DNA from: Desulfocapsa sulfexigens DSM 10523
Lineage (GTDB): Bacteria; Desulfobacterota; Desulfobulbia; Desulfobulbales; Desulfocapsaceae
Assembly: GCF_000341395.1 (NCBI RefSeq)
Contig: NC_020304.1
Coordinates: forward strand, 3,930,001 to 3,962,000
Direction of reading: 5' to 3'
DNA: 32,000 nucleotides
In this document: positions 9,689-18,295 of the stretch, one piece after another
Layout: the number at the start of each line of letters is the position of its first letter
Position numbering within the stretch: position 1 is the stretch's first letter
The notes under the pieces: generated by a model
Told to the model about the DNA's origin: nothing
What the model saw: only the letters and a program-made list of their open reading frames with translations
Databases searched by the model: none
Position numbers and translations under genes: made by a program

Positions 9689-11939
9689 TGGGCTTCATAT
9701 CCAACCCTACAAAGCCCAAGGTTTCATCATAGGCATAATCAACCGCCTGACACCAAATCCCCTGCACCTCTTCCACAACACTATCCTTAATTCCTGCGAA
9801 CTGTCGTTCAGGAATGCTAACCGTGAAGCGTTGCATCTTACGGAACAGCTTACGACTTGGGCCGTATTTTTTTAACTGGCCGATAAGCTGCTGACCACTC
9901 GTCTTGTCGCCAGAATACCAAACCACCACCGCCACCTGATTCTGGTCATCAATAAGTTTAAATTTTTGGGCAGCTGTTCGAAATTGAAATTCTCCGCGAC
10001 CAGCATCCTTAACAAGTAATGACTGCATGTCCTTTTGATCAAAACTGGCAACACCATTGCCATAAAACAATTTAAAATATCGCTGAAAAGTATCGGGCCT
10101 AAGATTTTCACAACCCTCGGGATCACGACGCATAATTTCTGAGCCAGCATCTGCTCCTTTTCGCAAGAATCCTGGAGGAGCAAGCTTAGGTGCTTGAAAA
10201 ACAACCACCTTGCCTTTTATCTTTTCACCATTCTCCTGCAATTCTCCTTCGCGATTACATCGTCCAGCAGCCTGGGCAATGGAATCAAACCCAGCCATGG
10301 CCCGATAAACCACCGGAAAATCAATATCAACACCAGCCTCAACCAGCTGTGTACTTATAACTCGAATAGGTTTTTTATTTTTTAGAGCTGATTTGATCTC
10401 AGCAATTATTTTGCTACGATGCTCACCACATAGATTTGCCGATAGTAGAATAGACTTTTCAGGCATAAGAGCATGAAGATCACGACAATCTTTCCGAGTA
10501 TTAACCACACAAAGAATCTGTGGATAAGTAGCCAGTTCATCGGCTAAACTCTCCCACTGTTCATATTTCCCCGCCTGCTGGACCACAACTCGTTGGAACT
10601 GCTGCCCGAGCCTTTCGGGGTCGTTAATAATTTCTCGAACCTTACTTCGATCTATGCCAGTAAATCTTGCGCTACCCGTACCAATCTCACCCGTTAAGGC
10701 TGGTTGAGTAGCAGTACACAGGACAATGGAGACATTAAAAGAATCAACCAGCCCCTTCATGGTAGTCAAAATTGGCTGAAGATACTCAGGGGGTAACATC
10801 TGGGCTTCGTCACAGATAATGACAGAATTGACGATATTATGCAGTTTTCTACATTTTGTACTTTTAGCAGCAAAGAGGGATTCAAACAGCTGAACATTTG
10901 TCGTTACAATTATAGGCGCGTCCCAATTTTCACTGGCCAACCTTGCCGCAACTGTTTCCTGATCAGGATCAAGACTGGAATGGTGTTCAAGGACATTTAC
11001 TTCACCAAAGATATTTTTGTACTCTTGGGCTGTCTGTTCAATAATTGAGGTATAAGGGATAACAATGATAATACGAGTTTTACCATGCCTAATGGCATGT
11101 TTTAATGCAAAAGCCATCCCTGAAAGGGTTTTTCCTCCGCCAGTTGGCACTGTCAGGCTAAAAAAACCGGGATCAAGTTCTGCCGCATTTTGACAATCCG
11201 CTAAAATTTCCTGCCTTAGAATATTCACCTTTGTCGATTCCGCTCCAGAAACGAGAGAATCCATATATGCATCAAATTTTGTCTTTAACTCGATAATAAA
11301 CTTCTGGGTGCTACGACAAGCATTCTTGTCTTTATCCATAAAGCCTTCAGTATCGAGGTAATCGGCATCAACCAGGCAAGAAAAAAGCATTCGTACCCAT
11401 AGATGAAAGATATCCAAACGTATCCCATCTTTACACGGCAGACTTTGAGGAGAAAGTAAACTATCAGTCCCCTCCTGTAGCCAACTCGCAGATAAAGAAG
11501 GAAGTTTATCCACCTCATCCTTTGTAAGACGGGTACTCAAACAGCCTCCCCCACCTATTTCATTCTGCCAATCCGGTAAGCCAGCATGATGGCCAGCAAT
11601 GAGATACGCAAAAACCCTTCCAGGCCCCTGCAAGTTTTCATTAGCCCAAACAGCACCATGACTTGAATGGTTTGGGCCATGACCAGGAACATTCCTAACA
11701 TAACCGTCACATTCAAATCCTGTTACTTTACGAATATACTCCTGAAACTCTGATGACCCTTTACCAAGATCATGGAGTAATCCTGCCGCCCGCCCCCAAT
11801 CAGAATTAAAGAATGATTTTGAAAAATTACCGGCATACAACGAAACTCCTTGCAAATGCTCTTTAAGGTAATGAGGAGATAATTTCTGTAATTCTTCATC
11901 AAACATGGCGTGGGCAATTTTCATTTCTGAGACACTCAC
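9666..11939 (-). CDS. cas3: CRISPR-associated helicase/HD nuclease Cas3
   Basis: 757 aa; HD segment 'RAAGLLHDLGKGSSEFQEYI', Walker A-like 'VPTGGGKTLSGMAFALKHA', 'ICDEAQMLPPEYLQ', 'VISTQLVEAGVDIDFPVVYRAMAGFDSIAQAAGRCNREG'. Predicted GTG start. Confidence 0.95.
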   Translation of the reverse strand: MSVSEMKIAHAMFDEELQKLSPHYLKEHLQGVSLYAGNFSKSFFNSDWGRAAGLLHDLGKGSSEFQEYIRKVTGFECDGYVRNVPGHGPNHSSHGAVWANENLQGPGRVFAYLIAGHHAGLPDWQNEIGGGGCLSTRLTKDEVDKLPSLSASWLQEGTDSLLSPQSLPCKDGIRLDIFHLWVRMLFSCLVDADYLDTEGFMDKDKNACRSTQKFIIELKTKFDAYMDSLVSGAESTKVNILRQEILADCQNAAELDPGFFSLTVPTGGGKTLSGMAFALKHAIRHGKTRIIIVIPYTSIIEQTAQEYKNIFGEVNVLEHHSSLDPDQETVAARLASENWDAPIIVTTNVQLFESLFAAKSTKCRKLHNIVNSVIICDEAQMLPPEYLQPILTTMKGLVDSFNVSIVLCTATQPALTGEIGTGSARFTGIDRSKVREIINDPERLGQQFQRVVVQQAGKYEQWESLADELATYPQILCVVNTRKDCRDLHALMPEKSILLSANLCGEHRSKIIAEIKSALKNKKPIRVISTQLVEAGVDIDFPVVYRAMAGFDSIAQAAGRCNREGELQENGEKIKGKVVVFQAPKLAPPGFLRKGADAGSEIMRRDPEGCENLRPDTFQRYFKLFYGNGVASFDQKDMQSLLVKDAGRGEFQFRTAAQKFKLIDDQNQVAVVVWYSGDKTSGQQLIGQLKKYGPSRKLFRKMQRFTVSIPERQFAGIKDSVVEEVQGIWCQAVDYAYDETLGFVGLDMKPNDGAIII

Positions 11940-12010
11940 CTGTGCATTTTACCATTTGCTAAGAGTCTATTCCCTTGTGTCCTATTCATTCATCACCATA
12001 AAACCTTTGG

Positions 12011-12029
12011 GTGCTCACAGAGTGAGCAC
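12011..12029. repeat. Perfect inverted repeat upstream of cas3 (candidate operator or hairpin)
   Basis: GTGCTCAC-AGA-GTGAGCAC, an 8-bp perfect dyad, 72 nt upstream of the predicted cas3 start. Confidence 0.5.
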
Positions 12030-12262
12030 TGTTCACTTTTTATTAAAAAAGAATATCTACCTTGCTGTCATTCGTACGCATAAGAATTTTCATCTTATGT
12101 TCAATTCATATAACAATGATTTTAATGTTTTCAACAATTTATTACCAATTTGTTTTCGACAATATCGGTCAACAACTATAATTTAAACCAGGGTTGTCAA
12201 ATCATTATCCTCGTAGAAATTGAAATCATTAACTAGTTGCAACCACAGGAGACTCGCCATGT

Positions 12263-12297
12263 AAAAATGACGAGATCGCACAAATGTCATTTTTTTT
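12263..12297. terminator. Possible bidirectional rho-independent terminator in the cas3/SOR divergent region
   Basis: AAAAATGAC (12263-12271), loop GAGATCGCACAAAT, GTCATTTTT (12286-12294), continuing to a T8 run. The reverse strand stem is followed by TTTTT. Confidence 0.45.
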
Positions 12298-12456
12298 GCT
12301 CAGTTAATAAAAAACGTGGGAACATAGGTTTTAGTCCCTGCCTAAATACTTCCACTCGAACTCTCTATGTTCGCAACCTGCATAGAATAAAACCTCCCGT
12401 GTCAGCATATTTCAAAGTCATAGGTCCAAGGAAATTGCGCGAAAGAAAATCACTTC

Positions 12457-12485
12457 TTGACAATACAATAACAATAGACAATACC
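12457..12485 (+). promoter_or_regulatory. Candidate sigma-70-like promoter for the SOR-like gene
   Basis: TTGACA (12457-12462), 17 nt spacer, AATACC (12480-12485; a weak -10). Confidence 0.3.
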
Positions 12486-12528
12486 TTAAGATAACAATTC
12501 CCATAAACTCAACCAGGAGATTGAAGCT

Positions 12529-12936
12529 ATGACAGACAGAAGAAATTTTCTTAAAGGTGGAATAATTGCTGCCTCAGCTTTAGTAGTAGGATCGGTAAAT
12601 TTTGCAAGTGCTGCATCTGCGCCCTATACAAATATTGTTTATACGGCTGAAAACCCTGGAAAATGGGACAAAAAGGTGGGAAGTCACCTGCCATCAATTA
12701 CCGTGGAAGGGAGCAAAGTAACCCTTTTCACCAAACATGGCATGGCCGCGAAACATTATATCGTGAGGCATACGCTTGTTCTTGAGGATGGTACGGTTGT
12801 GGGTGGAAAAGTGTTCAGCGGCACTGATCCTGAAGCAAAATCAAGCTTTGAGCTGCCCGCAGGTTACAAAGGAAAAATCTTCGCTACCAGTTTCTGTAAC
12901 CTTCATGATTTCTGGGTTAATGAGGCAACAGTCTAG
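12529..12936 (+). CDS. Desulfoferrodoxin/neelaredoxin-family (superoxide reductase-like) protein with a Tat-type signal
   Basis: 135 aa; N-terminus 'MTDRRNFLKGGIIAASALVVGSVNFASAA' (Tat-like). Candidate Fe-centre ligands in 'GSHLP', 'KHGMAAKHYI' and 'FCNLHDFW'. Good RBS (ccaggag) upstream. Confidence 0.85.
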   Translation: MTDRRNFLKGGIIAASALVVGSVNFASAASAPYTNIVYTAENPGKWDKKVGSHLPSITVEGSKVTLFTKHGMAAKHYIVRHTLVLEDGTVVGGKVFSGTDPEAKSSFELPAGYKGKIFATSFCNLHDFWVNEATV

Positions 12937-13217
12937 CCCGAATTTCTCACGAACAAACACTCTATCGCAATGATAGTAACCTATGTATGTACAGTCAAAT
13001 AGGTATTCTTTTGCTTTTCGTTTATTTCGACAGAGTGTTCACCAAAGGTCAGCCGAGGAGGCACCGACTCCTTCTGTTTTTTGATAGTGAATATAGCCAA
13101 CTATTATTCACCACAAAAACATTGAATTTGACACCGCCTGAACTGATGAGAAATACGGGTTAGAGTAAACCAGGAGAGTTTACCGATATAAAATACTTTT
13201 CTATTGTTATCCTCTGC

Positions 13218-13265
13218 GCCCCCTGTCATAATGATTCCTTAGTATTATGACAGGGGGCATTTTTA
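13218..13265 (+). terminator. Strong rho-independent terminator
   Basis: Perfect 15-bp stem GCCCCCTGTCATAAT (13218-13232) / ATTATGACAGGGGGC (13244-13258), 11-nt loop, followed by ATTTTTATTT. Confidence 0.85.
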
Positions 13266-13319
13266 TTTACACAGTTCTCTGTTTCACCTGTCACCACTCT
13301 TGCGTCAAAGACATTCGAC

Positions 13320-14636
13320 ATGACTTCTTCAACATACCATATTGAAAAACTCCTCCATGGTGGCCTTGGTCTAGGGCGCAACGAGGATAAGCAGAAAATG
13401 CTGATCGAGGGTGTTATTTCCGGTGAAACAGTCGCTGCAAAAATCCAGTCACTGAAAAAAAACCGCAACACAGCTGTAGCTACATCAATTATCGAGCCGT
13501 CTTCTGAACGTATCAAAGCGCCCTGTCAATATTACAAACAATGCGGAGGATGTGACTTCCAGCACATGAATTATCCGCGGCAGTTGCAGGAAAAGCAGGC
13601 GATTCTAAAAGACTTACTCCAGCAGAGCGGAAACACCATACTTCAAGAAGCTGCCACCCAAATACTGAACGCACCTCTGCCCTCGCCATCCCAGACCCAC
13701 TACCGACAACGTATTCGTCTTCAGGTGGACAACAAGCAGACATTAGGATTCCACAAACGTCGCAGTCATGATTGTGTAGCCATAGAGAGTTGCTTACTGG
13801 CAACACCGAAAATAAATGATTGTCTACAGAAACTCTTGCCGCAGTATGCTTTTAACAAACTTCTCAACCAGACAGAAACTGTCGAAATACTGTTTGATCC
13901 AGACAGTTCAACTGTCACCCTCCTTATTCAGTTCAAACGCAAACCGCGCCCTGCCGATAAGCAGCATGCACAGGATCTGATTAACACAATTTCTGAACTC
14001 ACAAATATTTTCTTTATCGGTGATGGGTTTTCTGTAACAGGCAATGCTTCTCTTTCATTCACCCTGCCGCCACTCGTCCCTCACACCACAAAAACAGTGC
14101 AACTGTCTCTCGAAACGGGCGGATTTTGTCAGGTGAACGTGGAACAAAACACCAATCTGGTAAAAACGGTTCTCGATTTCTGCGCTGTCACAAAGAAAGA
14201 TACCATTCTTGATCTATTCTGTGGAATGGGCAATTTTTCCATACCTCTTGCGGAACGGTCACAGTCAGTTCTGGGAATAGAGGGGCAGGGCTCTGCTATT
14301 CGCAGTGCCATTAGAAACAGCAGCAATGCAGGACAGGACAACACCATCTTCAAGAAGCAGCCAATTCATGCTGCATGCTCGGAACTGGCAAAGGCTGGCA
14401 GCCTCTTCGATTGTATCATTTTGGATCCTCCACGACAGGGCGCTCCCGGCCTTGCCAGGGTGCTGAGCGCCCTCTGCAGGAAACGTCTGGTCTACATTTC
14501 CTGCGACCCGGTAACTCTCTGTCGTGATCTGGAAGACCTCTTACAATACGGATTTGTTATCAAGAAATTACAGCCCATCGATATGTTTCCGCAAACTCAT
14601 CATATCGAAACCGTGGCCCTCCTGGAAACAGCCTGA
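13320..14636 (+). CDS. rlmD: 23S rRNA (uracil-5-)-methyltransferase RlmD/RumA-like
   Basis: 438 aa; Fe-S cysteines 'CQYYKQCGGCDFQHMNYPRQLQEKQ', SAM motif 'ILDLFCGMGNFSIPLA', 'DCIILDPPRQGAPG', 'LVYISCDPVTLCRDL'. Confidence 0.9.
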   Translation: MTSSTYHIEKLLHGGLGLGRNEDKQKMLIEGVISGETVAAKIQSLKKNRNTAVATSIIEPSSERIKAPCQYYKQCGGCDFQHMNYPRQLQEKQAILKDLLQQSGNTILQEAATQILNAPLPSPSQTHYRQRIRLQVDNKQTLGFHKRRSHDCVAIESCLLATPKINDCLQKLLPQYAFNKLLNQTETVEILFDPDSSTVTLLIQFKRKPRPADKQHAQDLINTISELTNIFFIGDGFSVTGNASLSFTLPPLVPHTTKTVQLSLETGGFCQVNVEQNTNLVKTVLDFCAVTKKDTILDLFCGMGNFSIPLAERSQSVLGIEGQGSAIRSAIRNSSNAGQDNTIFKKQPIHAACSELAKAGSLFDCIILDPPRQGAPGLARVLSALCRKRLVYISCDPVTLCRDLEDLLQYGFVIKKLQPIDMFPQTHHIETVALLETA

Positions 14637-14717
14637 AATCACACCATTTCAAGCGATCTGCTCCGCGCTCTGCCCCTGAAAACCATTGACAGAATCACGC
14701 TTTGGCAGTAAACGAGT

Positions 14718-14738
14718 GAATGAAATCATTCCTTTTTT
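14718..14738 (+). terminator. Weak terminator-like hairpin downstream of rlmD
   Basis: GAATG-AAAT-CATTC followed by CTTTTTT; only a 5-bp stem. Confidence 0.3.
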
Positions 14739-14772
14739 CATCCATCACCATCGATAAACATACAGAAAAATC

Positions 14773-16296
14773 ATGAGCAAAGAAAATACGCAAATCCTAA
14801 ATCAACGTCGAGAAAAAGCAGATGCCCTGTCCGATCTTGGTGTTAACCTCTATAGCAACGGGTTCAAGCCGGACAACCGGATAAAGGAACTCATTCCAAA
14901 AGGGGAACATCTGGCTGCTGAGACCCTGGATGAAACCAACTATACCTATTCTATTGCCGGCCGCATTATGTCCATGCGCAAATTTGGCAAAGCGGCTTTT
15001 TTCCACCTTGTTGACAGTTCAGGACGTATTCAGGTCTACATCAAGAAAGATGCTCTTGGTGATGAAATTTTTTCCTCTTTCAAAAAATGGGATATTGGCG
15101 ATATTGTCGGAATAGAAGGCAAACTTTTCAAGACCAAAACCGGGGAACTTTCTGTCCTGGCTGACAAACTGGTGATGATTTCCAAGTCCTTGCGTCCCCT
15201 ACCTGAAAAGTTCCATGGTCTCACCGATGTGGAAACACGATACAGGCAACGCTACGTCGATCTGATTGTTACTCCTCAAAGTCGCGAAACATTCAAGAAA
15301 CGTGTGGAGATCGTCCGCCTGATTCGTGAGTTTCTCTCCAATCGTGGCTTTATGGAAGTTGAAACTCCCATGATGCATTCTGTACCAGGTGGTGCTACTG
15401 CCAAACCGTTCAAGACCCATCACAATGCTCTTGACATGGAGCTTTTTCTCCGCATTGCCCCGGAACTCTATTTAAAACGACTTCTCGTTGGTGGCTTTGA
15501 ACGCGTCTTTGAGATTAATAGAAATTTCAGAAATGAAGGACTTTCCACCCGGCATAACCCTGAATTCACCATGCTCGAATTTTATCAGGCCTATGCCACC
15601 TATCACGATCTGATGGAACTCACCGAAGAGATGATTTCCTGGCTTTGTGATGAAGTCAATGACACCATGGAAATTGAATATCAGGGAACCAGAGTCAACC
15701 TTGCCCCTCCCTGGAAACGTATGACCATGGATGAAGCCCTCACCGAAGTAGCTGGAATTGATGCAGCCGATCTTGCCGATGACGAAAAGGTGCTCAGTCT
15801 TGCCAGAGAAAAAGGCATCCAGCTCGAAGAACAGGCTGGACCGGGAAAAGCAAAAACCGAACTTTTTGAACTCCTTGTTGAAGAAAAACTTATTGATCCG
15901 ACATTTATCACTGCCTATCCGACCGAAGTATCGCCACTCGCAAGAAGAAATGAAGAAAACCCCGACGTCACTGACCGCTTTGAGCTCTTTGTCACCGGCC
16001 GGGAACTGGCCAATGCCTTCAGCGAGTTGAATGATCCGATAGATCAGCGGCAGCGCTTTCAGAAACAGATCGATGAGAAAGGGAATGATGACGAAATCCA
16101 TTCGGTTCTCGATGAAGACTTTGTCCGCGCCCTTGAGTATGGTATGCCATCGGCCGCTGGAGAAGGTATCGGCATTGACCGACTGGTGATGCTCCTCACT
16201 GATTCCCCATCAATTCGTGACGTTATCCTCTTCCCACATTTAAAACCAGAAGTTCCAAAAGAGCAAAAAAAGAAAAAGAAGAAAAAAAGTGTTTGA
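14773..16296 (+). CDS. lysS: Lysyl-tRNA synthetase, class II
   Basis: 507 aa; 'RYRQRYVDLI', 'FMEVETPMMHSVPGGATAKPFKTHHNALDMELFLRIAPELYLKRLLVGGFERVFEINRNFRNEG', 'GIGIDRLVMLLTDSPSIRDVILFPHLKPE'. Confidence 0.97.
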   Translation: MSKENTQILNQRREKADALSDLGVNLYSNGFKPDNRIKELIPKGEHLAAETLDETNYTYSIAGRIMSMRKFGKAAFFHLVDSSGRIQVYIKKDALGDEIFSSFKKWDIGDIVGIEGKLFKTKTGELSVLADKLVMISKSLRPLPEKFHGLTDVETRYRQRYVDLIVTPQSRETFKKRVEIVRLIREFLSNRGFMEVETPMMHSVPGGATAKPFKTHHNALDMELFLRIAPELYLKRLLVGGFERVFEINRNFRNEGLSTRHNPEFTMLEFYQAYATYHDLMELTEEMISWLCDEVNDTMEIEYQGTRVNLAPPWKRMTMDEALTEVAGIDAADLADDEKVLSLAREKGIQLEEQAGPGKAKTELFELLVEEKLIDPTFITAYPTEVSPLARRNEENPDVTDRFELFVTGRELANAFSELNDPIDQRQRFQKQIDEKGNDDEIHSVLDEDFVRALEYGMPSAAGEGIGIDRLVMLLTDSPSIRDVILFPHLKPEVPKEQKKKKKKKSV

Positions 16297-17515
16297 GTGG
16301 TTCATAAGCCTTCGCTACCTGCGGGCACAGCACAAACAAAAATTCATATCACTCATTTCATTTATCTCCGTTGCCGGCATTACCATGGGTGTTATGGCAC
16401 TTATCGTGGTGCTGGCAGTATATTCCGGTTTCACAAATGGTCTGCGTGACCAGATCCTTGGGATTAACTCTCACCTCATTGTCCAGCGCCTCGGTGGAAT
16501 AATCCCGGACTATACTCTGGTACGCGACAGGATTGTGACCATAAACGATGTCACCGGAGCCACCCCTTATCTCTACGCACAAACACTGCTGTCAGGTACA
16601 CGAGGTGGAACCGGTGTGGTGCTTCGCGGAATCGACCCGGCTACTGCAAGAGGTGTGATCGCACTTCCTGAACAAATGGTTGAAGGAAGCATCGATGGTC
16701 TTATTCAGGATACAAATGCCAGACTCCCGGGAATAATACTGGGTATTGCCATGGCCGCTGACCTTCACGTGACTGTTGGTGGCAAAGTGCGTCTGATCTC
16801 TCCCGCCGGCCCTCTCACCCCCATGGGGATCATCCCTAAGATCAAAACCTGTCAGATAGTAGGTATCTTTGAATCTGGGATGTATGAATATGACTCAACA
16901 ATTGCCTATATGCATATTCCGGCAGTTCAGGATTTCCTGGAAAGTGGTGATGTGGTCCACGGGATTGAAGTCACCGTAAAGGAAAAAGAGTTAAACCGGG
17001 CAGACCGTGTCGGAAAGCAGATTGTCGAACTTCTGGGAAGCACATTTGTGGCCAAAGACTGGATGTCCATGAACCGCAACCTCTTTGCCGCCTTTAAGCT
17101 TGAGAAAATCGGAATGTTTATCTGTGTTGCCCTTATCATACTTGTTGCAGCATTGAATATTGTTTCGGCACTCATCATGGTTGTTATGGAGAAAGACAAG
17201 GATATTGCCATACTTAAATCCATGGGAGCAACATCTGGGACCATAATGAAAATTTTCTTCTATCAGGGCCTTGTTATCGGAGTTCTTGGTACTTTTCTTG
17301 GTGTTCTTGGTGGACTTGGACTCTGTGAAATTTTGTCCCGCTACCAATTTATTGAACTTCCCTCCAATGTGTACCCCATGAACACCCTGCCCATTAAAGT
17401 TTTACCCATGGATGTTACAATCATCGCTGTTTCCGCACTCGTCATAACACTGTCCGCCACCATTTATCCCTCCTGGAAAGCGTCAAGGGTGAAGCCTGCC
17501 GAGGTACTTTCATAA
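16289..17515 (+). CDS. lolC: Lipoprotein-releasing ABC transporter permease (LolC/LolE family)
   Basis: 408 aa; 'FISLRYLRAQHKQKFISLISFISVAGITMGVMALIVVLAVYSGF' and C-terminal FtsX-like permease 'KDIAILKSMGATSGTIMKIFFYQGLVIGVLGTFLGVLGG'. GTG start overlaps the lysS stop. Confidence 0.9.
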   Translation: MFEWFISLRYLRAQHKQKFISLISFISVAGITMGVMALIVVLAVYSGFTNGLRDQILGINSHLIVQRLGGIIPDYTLVRDRIVTINDVTGATPYLYAQTLLSGTRGGTGVVLRGIDPATARGVIALPEQMVEGSIDGLIQDTNARLPGIILGIAMAADLHVTVGGKVRLISPAGPLTPMGIIPKIKTCQIVGIFESGMYEYDSTIAYMHIPAVQDFLESGDVVHGIEVTVKEKELNRADRVGKQIVELLGSTFVAKDWMSMNRNLFAAFKLEKIGMFICVALIILVAALNIVSALIMVVMEKDKDIAILKSMGATSGTIMKIFFYQGLVIGVLGTFLGVLGGLGLCEILSRYQFIELPSNVYPMNTLPIKVLPMDVTIIAVSALVITLSATIYPSWKASRVKPAEVLS

Positions 17516-18234
17516 TGATTAATCAGGAGTCACTTTTTTCTGCAACAAACATTTGTAAAAGTTTCCACAGCGGAACTGAAAAGATTGAAATACTAAAAGA
17601 CCTTGGGTTCAGCATCAATCAAGGTGAGATGATAGCCATAGTTGGGGCCTCGGGATCGGGAAAAACAACTCTGCTACAGATCCTAGGAACCCTTGACAGT
17701 CCCGATAGTGGTGAGATTTTATTCAACGGCAGAAACCTGACGACTATGAGTGATAATGCTCTTTCACGTTTCCGTAACAAATCCGTGGGATTTATTTTTC
17801 AATTTCACCATCTCCTTCCAGAATTCACAGCCCTTGAAAATGTTATGATGCCTGGACTTATTGCGGGAAAGTCAAAGCTTGAGATGAAAGGACCCGCAAT
17901 GAAACTCCTGAAGCAGGTCGAACTCGACCATAGGACCGGACACAAAGTCAACGAACTTTCGGGCGGCGAACAACAACGCACTGCTCTTGCCCGGGCACTC
18001 ATCATGAAACCTGCTTTACTTCTTGCGGATGAACCAACGGGAAATCTTGATGGGCGTTCAGGGAATATTGTCTTTGATCTTATCAAATCCCTGTGCAGAG
18101 ATATGCAGCTCGCCACGATAATGGTTACACATAATAGAGAACTTGCTCAAAAAATGGACTCTACTTTTACTCTCGAAAACAAAATTCTTGCTCGACAGTC
18201 CACAGTCTCCAGTCACGATATAACCACTGAATAA
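17515..18234 (+). CDS. lolD: Lipoprotein-releasing ABC transporter ATP-binding protein LolD
   Basis: 239 aa; Walker A 'GASGSGKTTLLQILG', signature 'ELSGGEQQRTALARAL', Walker B 'LLLADEPTGNLD'. Confidence 0.93.
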   Translation: MINQESLFSATNICKSFHSGTEKIEILKDLGFSINQGEMIAIVGASGSGKTTLLQILGTLDSPDSGEILFNGRNLTTMSDNALSRFRNKSVGFIFQFHHLLPEFTALENVMMPGLIAGKSKLEMKGPAMKLLKQVELDHRTGHKVNELSGGEQQRTALARALIMKPALLLADEPTGNLDGRSGNIVFDLIKSLCRDMQLATIMVTHNRELAQKMDSTFTLENKILARQSTVSSHDITTE

Positions 18235-18295
18235 TTTAACCCCTCTTACCATTTATTTCGACAACGACATCACATGTCTCTGTTTCAGGGGGAAA

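Noticed and set aside
11905-12494. Small plus-strand ORFs 11905..12186 (93 aa) and 12237..12494 (85 aa) in the divergent region
   Set aside because: No convincing ribosome-binding sites or domain-like composition were seen; the first also overlaps the cas3 start. Kept only as a possible non-coding transcript region.
13129-13160. CTGATGAG sequence resembling the hammerhead ribozyme core
   Set aside because: No properly placed GAAA/CGAAA core strand or supporting stems I, II and III were seen nearby.
15472-16101. 209 aa ORF antisense to lysS
   Set aside because: It lies entirely inside the strongly supported lysS gene and is best explained as an antisense shadow ORF.
16262-16300. Possible programmed -1 frameshift from lysS into lolC at A-AAA-AAG
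   Set aside because: lolC lies in the +1 frame relative to lysS, so a -1 slip would not enter it, and the -1 frame ends soon after (about 16307-16309); no downstream stimulatory hairpin was evident.
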